Below are positions 19,421-28,385 of a stretch of DNA of 64,000 bases, in pieces; the first letter of the stretch is position 1, and each line of letters opens with the position of its first letter. Both the position numbers and the translations under genes were made by a program. Below the pieces are notes generated by a model, which saw nothing but the letters and a program-made list of their open reading frames with translations, did not search any database and had not been told where the DNA came from. Source of the stretch: Thermoanaerobaculia bacterium (lineage in GTDB: Bacteria; Acidobacteriota; Thermoanaerobaculia; Multivoradales; Multivoraceae); the NCBI GenBank assembly GCA_963664405.1, contig OY761158.1, forward strand, positions 4,160,001 to 4,224,000. Reading direction: 5' to 3'.

Positions 19421-19966
19421 ATGACTAAAGCAATTCGTGCCCTCAAGAGCCGATCCAATCGGGGTTTTACCCTAGTCGAGTTACTTATCGTGGTGGCGAT
19501 CATCGGTATCGTTGCCGCGTTGCTCATCTCTAACCTGCTGGAAGCTCTCAACAAGGCCAAGCAGAAGCGCACCATGACGGATATCCGTCTCGGCGGCACT
19601 GCGTGGTTCTCTTGGATCACCGACCAGGTGAGCGCGGGAGCGGCGGGGGCGCCCGTCAGCAATTTCGACTGGTCCAACTTCGAGGAGATAATCTGGTCCG
19701 ACTTGGACGCCAAACTGGTGCCGACTTACGCGGCGTACATACCCGAAAGGGACGCTTGGGGTACTGGCTACGCCTATGGGAACACTCTCGACATGAACGA
19801 GCTGAGTCCCATCGCAATCCGGTCGTCGGGCGCCGATGGGGTGTTTTCCGGCGAGGAGTACACTCCAGGTCCATTTATCTCTACTGACTTCATCCAGGAC
19901 GTTGTTTGGGCGGGAGGCTACTTCATCAGATGGCCGCTCGGTTCCATTCAGGTCAACGGCGGCTGA
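19421..19966 (+). CDS. Prepilin-type N-methylation protein (GspG/type IV pilin-like)
   Basis: Class III signal NRG|FTLVELLIVVAIIGI; DAWG..Y.Y and IRSSGADG GspG-like motifs. Confidence 0.88.
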   Translation: MTKAIRALKSRSNRGFTLVELLIVVAIIGIVAALLISNLLEALNKAKQKRTMTDIRLGGTAWFSWITDQVSAGAAGAPVSNFDWSNFEEIIWSDLDAKLVPTYAAYIPERDAWGTGYAYGNTLDMNELSPIAIRSSGADGVFSGEEYTPGPFISTDFIQDVVWAGGYFIRWPLGSIQVNGG

Positions 19967-20066
19967 AGATCGGCGTCTCTCCGCCTATCGAGAGAGACGC
20001 TACCGGGCCGCGAAGCACCTCTGTTTCGCGGTAGGCTCTGACTACCAAAAGCAGCGAGGTTTCTAT

Positions 20067-20540
20067 ATGGCGATTCAGATCGGTGATTCGGCTCCAGACT
20101 TTCGTCTTGCGACAGCAGGCTCGGCTGAGCCAATCAGTCTTTCCTCTTATCGCGGCGAAAAAAATGTTGTCATTCTGTTCTTTCCTCTTGCCTGGACCGG
20201 AGTCTGTACCACCGAGATGTGTACTGTTCGAGACTCGTTGGGGCGTTACGACGAGCTCGATGCACAGGTCCTCGGCATCAGCGTCGACAGTCCATTTGCG
20301 CTCAATGCTTGGGCCCAGGAGCAGGGCCTGACTTTTCCCCTGCTCTCGGATTTCAACCGTGAAGCGGCGGCGAGCTACGACGCACTCTACGACCAGCTTC
20401 TGGGCTTCAAAGGAGTCGCCAAGCGGGCGGCCTTTGTTGTCGATCGCGAGGGTGTTGTTCGCTACGCCGAAGTGCTCGAGAAAGCTAGTGACCTACCTGA
20501 TTTCACTGCCCTTCAGGAGTGCCTCTCAGCGATCAGCTGA
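20067..20540 (+). CDS. Peroxiredoxin (AhpC/TSA family)
   Basis: GDSAPDF, FFPLAWTGVCTTEMC, FPLLSDFN. Confidence 0.9.
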   Translation: MAIQIGDSAPDFRLATAGSAEPISLSSYRGEKNVVILFFPLAWTGVCTTEMCTVRDSLGRYDELDAQVLGISVDSPFALNAWAQEQGLTFPLLSDFNREAAASYDALYDQLLGFKGVAKRAAFVVDREGVVRYAEVLEKASDLPDFTALQECLSAIS

Positions 20541-20605
20541 GGCTGGGACTTCGTCGGCACGGCCGGGATCGTCGACATCCTGCCGGTGAAGTGAGGGTTT
20601 GAGTC

Positions 20606-21229
20606 GTGGTCTCAACTCGCAGGGGGAGGAAGCTCTACACCCTCTCCGAGGTCTCTGTTCGGACGGGTATTTCGATGCCCACTCTGCAGAGATATAAGAA
20701 GCTTTACCAGGCGCGCCTGCCGGCGGTCGGAGAGGGTCGGCGCCAGCGTTATCCAACGGAAGCACTAAAGGTCTTCCTGACCTTGAAGAAGGAGAGCGAC
20801 CGCCGGCGTGGTCGTTCGGGAAAGGCGCGAGCCTCGGCCGGTGCAGGCAGGAGCCTTTCCCGGGCAAAGGCCAAAGAGCGGCAGGCGCAAGACGAGGCAC
20901 CGCTGCTCACTCTGTTGCAAGTGGGCCAGATGACCGGGATCTCCTACCCTACGTTGCTCAGGTATGTGCGCCTTCACATCCACCAGATTCCCCATCACGG
21001 GTCGGGTCGTCGACGGCGCTATCGACCCGAGGCCGTAGCGGTGTTCCAGAGATTGCGAGAGCAGAGTCGGCGGGGCCGCCGCAGTGCGTCGAGTGCGACC
21101 GGGGTGACGGGGGGCAGCCTGGAAAAGCGCCTCGAGCGTTTGGAGAAGGGGCAGCGAGACCTCGCCCGTCAGCTTCGCGAGCTCGAGCGGGCGATCAGGC
21201 GTCCGCTCAAGATCACCCTTCAAAGGTAA
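20606..21229 (+). CDS. Basic protein with two MerR-type HTH domains
   Basis: Two internal repeats (TLSEVSVRTGISMPTLQRY...G.GRRQRY and TLLQVGQMTGISYPTLLRY...GSGRRRRY) and a C-terminal coiled coil. Confidence 0.75.
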   Translation: MVSTRRGRKLYTLSEVSVRTGISMPTLQRYKKLYQARLPAVGEGRRQRYPTEALKVFLTLKKESDRRRGRSGKARASAGAGRSLSRAKAKERQAQDEAPLLTLLQVGQMTGISYPTLLRYVRLHIHQIPHHGSGRRRRYRPEAVAVFQRLREQSRRGRRSASSATGVTGGSLEKRLERLEKGQRDLARQLRELERAIRRPLKITLQR

Positions 21230-22245
21230 GAGCCGAGATGGTCCCAGCCAAGGTCCGGGAGGGGGGAGAAGCCTCCAAGTCGGTCTCTCAGATGAAGCTC
21301 ACCTCCCTCCACGATAGCGCCGAGCCGACGGCAGCGGAGCTCAGCGGGGGGAGCCTTGGTAGGCGGCAGAGTGAAAAGCAGTAGATAGTCCTCGCCTCCG
21401 CCGAGGATCTGGGTCAAGGGGTCGAGACCGAGGTGGGCTGCAAGATCCCGAAAGTCGGGAGCCAGGGGCAGCAGCTCCCGATCGAGAATGGCGCCTTGGC
21501 CGCTCGCTGAGCAAAGGTTTCTCAGGTCTCTTGCCAAGCCATCTGAGACGTCGCAGGCCGCGCCTTCGTGTTGGCGGGCCAGCCATCGTCCGAGGTCGAG
21601 CTGCGGAACCGGCCGAAAGTGGGATCTTAGAGCGCGTCGTGCGGCCCGGTGCTGGTTCTCGGGTAGCCGCGCCTCTCGCGGCAACTCCACTCGCCTTCCT
21701 CGGAGGCGGCCGCCGAGTCGTGACAGCTCGAGGCCAAGAGACGCCCACCCAGGGTCGCCTCCAATCCAAACGGCCTCTCCGGGCCGGGCCGTGGAGCGGC
21801 GAAGCCAGCGTTTGACTCCCTTCCAGTGTTCGCCCACTAGCGTCAGACTCAGGAAGATTCTCTTGGCGCTCGCAAGGTCGCCGCCGGCGAGGACAAGCTC
21901 GTAGTTGGCGCACCCGTCTAGGAAGGCGGAAAAGAAGGAGCGATGGTCGAAGCCTTGCGGTGCGGCAAGAGCGAGAAATGCATGGGCCGGACGTGCGCCC
22001 ATAGCCGCTATGTCGGACAGGTTGACCGCAAGCAGCCTCTTCGCGAGGACACGCTCGTCAATATCGGCCGGGAAGTGGACTCCGGCGATCTGGGTGTCGA
22101 CGGTGATGACATGCTCGCCCCGCTCGGGGAGAACGGCCGCATCATCACCGATAAGGCCATAGGTGGCCTTCTTTCGCTTCAGCCAAGCGAGTAGCGAGCG
22201 TTCACTTTCCGTCGGTCGCTGCTGTCGCGTTTTCTTGTGGGGCAA
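21220..22245 (-). CDS. thiL: Thiamine-monophosphate kinase
   Basis: IGDDAA, GVHF, NLSDIAAMGARP, GGD, DVSDGL, GGEDY.LLFT. Confidence 0.92.
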   Translation of the reverse strand: MPHKKTRQQRPTESERSLLAWLKRKKATYGLIGDDAAVLPERGEHVITVDTQIAGVHFPADIDERVLAKRLLAVNLSDIAAMGARPAHAFLALAAPQGFDHRSFFSAFLDGCANYELVLAGGDLASAKRIFLSLTLVGEHWKGVKRWLRRSTARPGEAVWIGGDPGWASLGLELSRLGGRLRGRRVELPREARLPENQHRAARRALRSHFRPVPQLDLGRWLARQHEGAACDVSDGLARDLRNLCSASGQGAILDRELLPLAPDFRDLAAHLGLDPLTQILGGGEDYLLLFTLPPTKAPPAELRCRRLGAIVEGGELHLRDRLGGFSPLPDLGWDHLGSYL

Positions 22246-24583
22246 GGGCGAGCTCCAGCAGTTCTTCCATATTTGCGACGAAGTGGAAGGCGAGGCCTCG
22301 GCGAACCTCGCTGGGCACTTGTTCCAGGTCCCTATCGTTGTGTTTTGGCAGCAACACTGTCTGTACCCCCGCGCTACTGGCGGCGAGCACTTTCTCTTTC
22401 ATCCCGCCGATGGCCAGGATCTCTCCCCTCAGCGTGATCTCACCACTCATCGCGATCGTGTGCGCGACGGCCCTGCCGGTAAGGAGAGAGACGATGGCAG
22501 TTGCTATCGTCACGCCGGCCGATGGCCCGTCTTTCGGAATCGAGCCTGCCGGAACGTGGATATGGATGTCCCGACCGTTGAGGCGGTCAGTGAGACCCTT
22601 GCTCTCGGCGTAAGCCTTCGCGAAGCTGAGAGCGGCCTGGCCGGATTCGCGCATCACCTCGCCCAGTTGGCCGGTGAGGATCAACTCGCCCTTGCCGGGC
22701 AGAGAGAGGACCTCGATGACCATCAGATCTCCGCCGCCGGCGGTCCAAGCCAGACCCGTCGCTACCCCTACACGATCGCGGTCGAGCAGCTCTTCACTAA
22801 AGTGACGCGGTGGCCCAAGAAGACTCTTTGCCCGCTCTGGGTTGACGACGACCCGCCTGTGCTGGCCGCGCGCGACTCTCATCGCGACTTTGCGACAGAT
22901 CGCTGCGATCTCTCGTTCCAGGTTGCGAACTCCCGCTTCGTGGGTGTACTGCGCGACGATTCTCTCAATGCCAGGCTTGGTGAAGCGGAGGTTCTCCGGG
23001 GTCAGCCCGTTCTCGACGATCTGGCGAGGGATGAGGTGGCGATTGGCGATCTTGACCTTCTCGTCTTGGGTGTAGCCGGAGAGCCGAATCACTTCCATCC
23101 GGTCGAGGAAGGCCGGCTGAATAGGATCGACGAGGTTGCCAGTGGTGATGAAAAGGACCCGTGAGAGGTCGTATTCAACGTTCAGGTAGTGGTCTCGAAA
23201 TCCGTTGTTCTGCTCCGAGTCGAGGACTTCGAGCAAGGCGGAAGAAGGATCTCCGCGGAAGTCCGCGCCCACTTTGTCGATCTCGTCGAGCATGAAGACC
23301 GGGTTAGATGTGCCGGATTGTTGGAGGCCCTGGATAATGCGTCCGGGGAGGGCGCCGATGTAAGTGCGCCGATGACCTCTGATCTCTGCTTCGTCGCGCA
23401 CGCCGCCCAGTGAAATACGCACGAACTCGCGACCAAGCGCGGTGGCGATGGACCGGCCAAGAGAAGTCTTTCCGACGCCAGGTGGGCCGATGAAGCAAAG
23501 GATTGGGCCCCTTGCGTCGTCTTTGAGCTTGCGGACGGCCAGGTACTCGAGAATACGTTCCTTGACGGAGCTCAGGTCGTAATGGTCCCGGTCTAGAACT
23601 TCGCGCGCGTGCTCGAGATCGAGGTTGTCCTCGCTTCTGTTGCTCCACGGCAGCGTGGTCAGGCAGTCCAGGTAAGTACGGATGACTGCACCTTCGGAGC
23701 TGTCCGGGTGCGCTCGCTCGAGCCGACGTATCTGGCGGTCCAGCTCTTGACGCGCCTCTTCGCTGAGCTTTCGCTCGTCGGCTTCGCGTCGATAGCCGGC
23801 GATCTCCTCGGTGAGATCTTCGGCGTCACCGAGCTCGGTCTGGATCGCCCGCATTTGTTGGCGCAGAAAGTACTCTCGCTGGGAGCGATCCATTTCCTGG
23901 TGCGCTTCCGAGGAGAGCTGCTGCTGCATGTGCAACAGGTGCACTTCTCGTTGGAGCAGATCGCTGACCTTCTGGAGCCGCTCGCCTCCGTTTACGGTCT
24001 CGAGCAGCGCTTGGGCGTCCTCGTTCTTGAGCTCGAGGTTTGAGGCTGCAAGGTCGGCGAGTCGGCCGGCGTCTTGGAGATTGGTGGCGATGACCATGAC
24101 CTCGCTGGAGATGGCCTTGCCGAGACCGGCAACTTCGTCGAGTTGATCCTTGACGATGCGGATCAGGGCCTCGTCCTCGATTCCTTCTGCGGCAGGGGTC
24201 TCGGGCAGATGAGTAATGCGCGCCCGCAAGAAGGGTGTGCTGTGACTGAAGTAGTTGATCTTTGTGCGAGCGAGTCCCTGGGCAAGTATTCGCACCCGCC
24301 CATCTGGAAGCTTGAGCATGCGAACTACCAGTGCCGCGGTGCCGACGCCGAAGAAATCATCCTCGCCCGGATCCTCCAGGGAGGCGTCCTTTTGGCCCAC
24401 CAGAAGAAGAATGCGGTCCTCAGCCAGTGCGTGATCGACGGCGATTGCGCTCTTGTCCCCGGCCACTGAGAGGGGAACAATGCTGTAGGGGAAGAGGACC
24501 GTCCCCTTGAGAGGAAGGACCGGTAAGACATCCGGCAGAGACCGGACGAGACTTTCCTGATCGCTGGTGGATACCGTGCTCAT
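22202..24583 (-). CDS. lon: Lon protease
   Basis: GPPGVGKTS, RRTYIGA, LDEIDK, KDGPSAG catalytic Ser, GGMKEK. Confidence 0.96.
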   Translation of the reverse strand: MSTVSTSDQESLVRSLPDVLPVLPLKGTVLFPYSIVPLSVAGDKSAIAVDHALAEDRILLLVGQKDASLEDPGEDDFFGVGTAALVVRMLKLPDGRVRILAQGLARTKINYFSHSTPFLRARITHLPETPAAEGIEDEALIRIVKDQLDEVAGLGKAISSEVMVIATNLQDAGRLADLAASNLELKNEDAQALLETVNGGERLQKVSDLLQREVHLLHMQQQLSSEAHQEMDRSQREYFLRQQMRAIQTELGDAEDLTEEIAGYRREADERKLSEEARQELDRQIRRLERAHPDSSEGAVIRTYLDCLTTLPWSNRSEDNLDLEHAREVLDRDHYDLSSVKERILEYLAVRKLKDDARGPILCFIGPPGVGKTSLGRSIATALGREFVRISLGGVRDEAEIRGHRRTYIGALPGRIIQGLQQSGTSNPVFMLDEIDKVGADFRGDPSSALLEVLDSEQNNGFRDHYLNVEYDLSRVLFITTGNLVDPIQPAFLDRMEVIRLSGYTQDEKVKIANRHLIPRQIVENGLTPENLRFTKPGIERIVAQYTHEAGVRNLEREIAAICRKVAMRVARGQHRRVVVNPERAKSLLGPPRHFSEELLDRDRVGVATGLAWTAGGGDLMVIEVLSLPGKGELILTGQLGEVMRESGQAALSFAKAYAESKGLTDRLNGRDIHIHVPAGSIPKDGPSAGVTIATAIVSLLTGRAVAHTIAMSGEITLRGEILAIGGMKEKVLAASSAGVQTVLLPKHNDRDLEQVPSEVRRGLAFHFVANMEELLELALAPQENATAATDGK

Positions 24584-24660
24584 CCGGAGGGCCCGAGGCG
24601 GGGACCGATCCCACCGAGAGATTACAACAAGATCATTGGCTGCGGGGAGGCTCGGCTCGG

Positions 24661-25119
24661 CTATTTTTTTGTGCGGATCAGAGTGTCGACCTCGTCAACG
24701 AAGGCGCCTATGTCCTCGAAGCGCCGATAGACGGAGGCAAACCTTACGTAGGCGACCTGATCGAGCTCACGCAGCTTGTCCATCACCAGCTCCCCTAGCT
24801 CTTTTGTCGAAAGCTCGCGCTCCGGCTGATCCTGGATCGTCGACTCCGCCTCGTCAACCAGGGCTTCGAGTCGCTTTGCGGGCACCGGCCTCTTTTCGCA
24901 GGCCTTGAGAAGGCCGCCGAGAAGCTTCTTGCGACTGAACTCCTCCCGGGTCCCATCCTCCTTCACGACCATGTAGGGGATGTCCTCGATCTGTTCGTAG
25001 GAGGTGAAGCGGCGGCCGCAGCTCAGACATTCGCGTCGCCTACGGATCGTTTCTCCACCACGGCTCTCGCGCGAGTCAACGACCCGGTCTCGATTTTCGG
25101 TGCAGAAGGGGCACTTCAT
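24661..25119 (-). CDS. nrdR: Transcriptional repressor NrdR
   Basis: MKCPFC, IRRRRECLSCGRRFTSYE, ATP-cone, VAYVRFASVYR. Confidence 0.96.
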   Translation of the reverse strand: MKCPFCTENRDRVVDSRESRGGETIRRRRECLSCGRRFTSYEQIEDIPYMVVKEDGTREEFSRKKLLGGLLKACEKRPVPAKRLEALVDEAESTIQDQPERELSTKELGELVMDKLRELDQVAYVRFASVYRRFEDIGAFVDEVDTLIRTKK

Positions 25120-25308
25120 GGTAGCTCGCGGTGTTTTGCTCGAGTGCTCGCTGTTGCCTCGAGAGGCTCGAGCATGTTGCCCCGAAAAGGAAGAGAGCTT
25201 GTCGCTCGAGGGCGGACTCTGGGGCTTAGACTACCAGGACGGGCTCTCGAGCCCGGATTCAGGAGGGGCAGACTCCTGTTCGACAGGGGGAGCGGCCTGT
25301 TCTCGGCG

Positions 25309-25399
25309 CTAGGAGCGTGTCCGAGAATTCGGACAGGCGAGTAGTTCTTAGGGGGGGATGGGCCGGAGAATGGGCCGTAGGCCCGTTTTCCGGGGCTAG
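25309..25399 (+). mobile_element. 91-bp CTAG-bounded element, family 2 copy 1
   Basis: CTAGGAGCGTGTCCGAGAATTCGGACAGGCGAG...GGGGCTAG; homologous to 32866-32956 and 49497-49587; right CTAG is the mglA-like stop. Confidence 0.85.
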
Positions 25400-26454
25400 C
25401 TGGACCTGACGGAGACGCTGAGGCGAAGCAGGAGCTCGTTGAACTCAGAGTGAGACTCGATGTCGTAGCCGCGCTCGAGGTCGGCCACTGCATTTTGGTC
25501 CTCGTCTTCGAGGCGAAGGCTGATGGATACCCGCTTGGCCCTTCTCAGGGCTTCGATCGGTAGGTGGAGCTGAGCGTCTCGGTCCATCTTCACCTGCCCG
25601 TTCAATGGCTTGGGGGGGGGCGCAACCGAAGTCGCTACGCCACCGGCTTCGGTCTCGAAGGCGGCGTCTGCGGCGACCTCTGGGGCGGGTGGGCTGGAGA
25701 TCGCTGCCTCTATTCCGGACGCGACCGCAGGGGTCTCGGACGGCTGGTCGCCTCGCGCCTTGGCAGTCTCCGGCTCCGATGGCTCCACAGTCTTGGGCGG
25801 CGGTGTCTCAGCCGGCGCCGGGGGAACCGGTTCGCTCGCTTTGCTTCGTCTCGAAGAGGAACCGGCGCCGAGCCGATCCTTGAGCGAGGCTAGTGTCAGC
25901 TTGGCAACGCCGGTGAGGGTTTCGAACACTCCCTGGCCTGAAAGGGCAGAGGCTTCGAAGTAGGGCCATTGATGCGGGTTCAACGCCGCGTTGAGCTCTT
26001 CCACAGTGGCGACGTCGGGCAGATCCCGCTTGTTGAGCTGAAGGACTACCGGGATGTCACCCAAGCCAAGACCGATCTCCGCGAGATTGACCTCGAGGTT
26101 CTTCATCGAGTCTCTGTTGGCGTCCATCATCAGACGTTGCGAGTCTGCAACGAAGACGATTGCATCGACGCCCTTGAGGACCAGCTTCCTGGTGGTGTTG
26201 TAGAACACCTGACCCGGAACGGTGTAGAGCTGAATTTTGGTCTTGAATCCGCCGATGGAGCCGAGGTCGATGGGAAGCAGATCGAAGAATAGAGTGCGGT
26301 CCGTCTCGGTTTGCAGCGATACCATCTCACCCCGGCTGTCCGAGGTGGTTCGGTCGTAGATGAACTGGAGATTGGTGGTCTTCCCGCAGAGACCTGGACC
26401 GTAGTAAACGATCTTCGCGGCCACTTGCATGGTGCTGTAATTGAAAAAGACCAT
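25396..26454 (-). CDS. MglA-like small GTPase with Pro/Ala-rich linker and C-terminal extension
   Basis: KIVYYGPGLCGKTTNL, DRTLFFDLLP, TVPGQVFY, NKRDL. Confidence 0.88.
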   Translation of the reverse strand: MVFFNYSTMQVAAKIVYYGPGLCGKTTNLQFIYDRTTSDSRGEMVSLQTETDRTLFFDLLPIDLGSIGGFKTKIQLYTVPGQVFYNTTRKLVLKGVDAIVFVADSQRLMMDANRDSMKNLEVNLAEIGLGLGDIPVVLQLNKRDLPDVATVEELNAALNPHQWPYFEASALSGQGVFETLTGVAKLTLASLKDRLGAGSSSRRSKASEPVPPAPAETPPPKTVEPSEPETAKARGDQPSETPAVASGIEAAISSPPAPEVAADAAFETEAGGVATSVAPPPKPLNGQVKMDRDAQLHLPIEALRRAKRVSISLRLEDEDQNAVADLERGYDIESHSEFNELLLRLSVSVRSS

Positions 26455-26522
26455 AGTCTCGGAAATGCGATCGCTTCGTCGAAATATGAGGAGAAGAGAA
26501 AACCTTATTTGCGAAGTTCGAT

Positions 26523-26551
26523 ATGCTAGCACGCGTATCTGCGACGGTCAA
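26523..26551 (-). promoter_or_regulatory. Sigma70-type promoter for the mglA-like gene
   Basis: TTGACC-17 nt-TAGCAT on minus strand. Confidence 0.5.
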
Positions 26552-26623
26552 GAAATGCCGGGGCTGTGCTCCCGAAGGCCCATAGGCGCCTGATAGAATT
26601 TCCGCAGCAGTGGTCCTGAGCTG

Positions 26624-27694
26624 ATGGTAGAAGAAACCCCAGTAGTCCTTAACGAGCGCGAGCGCGAGATTCTCAAGGGCGTCGTCTCGTCTTACATCTT
26701 TCGGGCGGAGCCGGTCAGCTCCCGCGCCGTTGCCAAGCAGAAAGACCAGAGACTCTCCTCCGCGACAATTCGCAACACGATGGCCGATCTCGAGGAGTGG
26801 GGCTATCTGTCTCAGCCTCACACCTCGGCGGGTCGAGTCCCGACCCACCAGGGCTACCACTTCTTCATCGATACCTTGATGAAGGAGAAGGAGCTTGCGC
26901 CCGACCTTCGTCGCTATGTGAAAGCCAATCTCGGCAAGGCGGAGGACGCTGAGAGCTTGACGCTGGTCGCTTCGCACCTGCTGTCCGAGCTCTCCGAGCA
27001 GGTGGGCGTGGTTCTCACTCCTGCCCGAGGCGACGTCTGCTTGAGGACGATCGAGTTTGTGCCGCTCCCCGGGAGCAAGGTCCTGTGCGTGGTGGTTTCT
27101 TCGAGCGGCTTCATCGACAACAAGGTCATCGACACCGACGAGGTCTTGCCTCGTGAAGAGCTCACTCGGATCTCGAACTACATGAGTGAGCACTTCGTCG
27201 GCCTGACCTTGTCGGAGGCCCGCAACCGCCTCTTGCAGCTGATGGCCGACGAGCGTGCCGAGGTCGACAGCCTGATGCAGCGCGCGTTCTCTCTCGCCGA
27301 GCGGGGGCTGGACACGAGCCATGCTCAAGATGTCTTGGTGGATGGTGCAGAGTCGCTCTTCCAGCATCCGGAAATGAAGGACTTGAAACTGGTGCAGCGC
27401 TTGTTCCAGGCTTTTACCGACAAGGCGCAGCTGGTTTTGATGCTGAATCGTTGTATGGAAGGTCAGGGGGTGCGGGTCTTCATTGGCGAGGACAGCTACC
27501 TCACCTCCAGGCTAGATTTCAGCTTGGTGGCAACGACTTACGGCGCCGGCAACGAGACTTTGGGTAGTCTCGGCGTGTTCGGACCCTCGCGGATGGAGTA
27601 CCCTCGACTGATACCTCTGGTGCACTTCCTCGGCGAGGCGCTGAGCACGGCGCTGTCGAGGGGTGTGATCGAAGATCTCAGGGAGGCCAGATGA
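26624..27694 (+). CDS. hrcA: Heat-inducible transcription repressor HrcA
   Basis: SSATIRNTMADLE, QPHTSAGRVPT, GVFGPSRMEY. Confidence 0.95.
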   Translation: MVEETPVVLNEREREILKGVVSSYIFRAEPVSSRAVAKQKDQRLSSATIRNTMADLEEWGYLSQPHTSAGRVPTHQGYHFFIDTLMKEKELAPDLRRYVKANLGKAEDAESLTLVASHLLSELSEQVGVVLTPARGDVCLRTIEFVPLPGSKVLCVVVSSSGFIDNKVIDTDEVLPREELTRISNYMSEHFVGLTLSEARNRLLQLMADERAEVDSLMQRAFSLAERGLDTSHAQDVLVDGAESLFQHPEMKDLKLVQRLFQAFTDKAQLVLMLNRCMEGQGVRVFIGEDSYLTSRLDFSLVATTYGAGNETLGSLGVFGPSRMEYPRLIPLVHFLGEALSTALSRGVIEDLREAR

Positions 27695-28323
27695 TCGATG
27701 ATTCTGATGTTGACGCCGTTGACGAGTCGGAGTCCGAAGAGGTCTACGAGCTCGAGCCGCCGGTAACAGCGGACGACAATCCGGAGGAAATCCTTCAGGA
27801 GGCGATCAAGGCGGTGGAGAGCTCATCGGGTGAAGGTGCGGCTGTCGAGATCGTAGGGGGCTCGCAGGAGAGTGAGCTCGAGGAGCTCCGAGAGCGCTAT
27901 CTCCGTACCCTGGCCGACTTCGAGAATTTTCGCAAACGGAGCGAGCGACAACGGAAGGAGTCACAGCGCTATGCTACGACTGAGCCGCTGCGGGCATTTC
28001 TCTCTGTGGTCGACAATCTCGGGCGCGCCCTAGGTGCGGAGGGGAGTCACGAGGACCTGAAGGCCGGTGTCGAGATGATCCAGAGACAGACCGTCGAGAT
28101 GCTTCGGCGCTTCGGGGTGGAGTCTGTCGGGGCCGAAGGAGAGCCCTTCGATCCCACCGTGCATGAGGCGGTGATGCGCTATGAGGATCCGGACGTTCGC
28201 GAGCAGATCGTGACCTCGGAGCTGCAAAAGGGATATATGCTTTACGACCGTCTGCTCCGGCCCGCAATGGTGAAAGTAGCGGTTCCGGCAGAGAGTGGGG
28301 AGGGGAGCGGAGACGACTCCTGA
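27691..28323 (+). CDS. grpE: Nucleotide exchange factor GrpE
   Basis: ADFENFRKR, FDPTVHEA, KGYMLYDRLLRPAMVKV. Confidence 0.95.
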   Translation: MIDDSDVDAVDESESEEVYELEPPVTADDNPEEILQEAIKAVESSSGEGAAVEIVGGSQESELEELRERYLRTLADFENFRKRSERQRKESQRYATTEPLRAFLSVVDNLGRALGAEGSHEDLKAGVEMIQRQTVEMLRRFGVESVGAEGEPFDPTVHEAVMRYEDPDVREQIVTSELQKGYMLYDRLLRPAMVKVAVPAESGEGSGDDS

Positions 28324-28385
28324 AGTCCGGTGTCGCATAGCGATTCCTCTTCTGGCCTCCGTCCGCTTCGGAAGGAAACAGCGTT

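Noticed and set aside
22163-23164. Long antisense and alternative-frame ORFs (also 4210-5436, 16024-17388, 34611-35873, 47107-48084, 48226-49587)
   Set aside because: Shadow ORFs of well-supported genes, expected in GC-rich DNA; no motifs.
25116-25493. 125-aa ORF upstream of nrdR
   Set aside because: Low-complexity translation running through the mglA-like tail and the 91-bp repeat.
26526-26552. CIRCE operator upstream of hrcA
   Set aside because: Only the left half (CTAGCACGC) resembles the consensus; the sequence fits better as a minus-strand sigma70 promoter.
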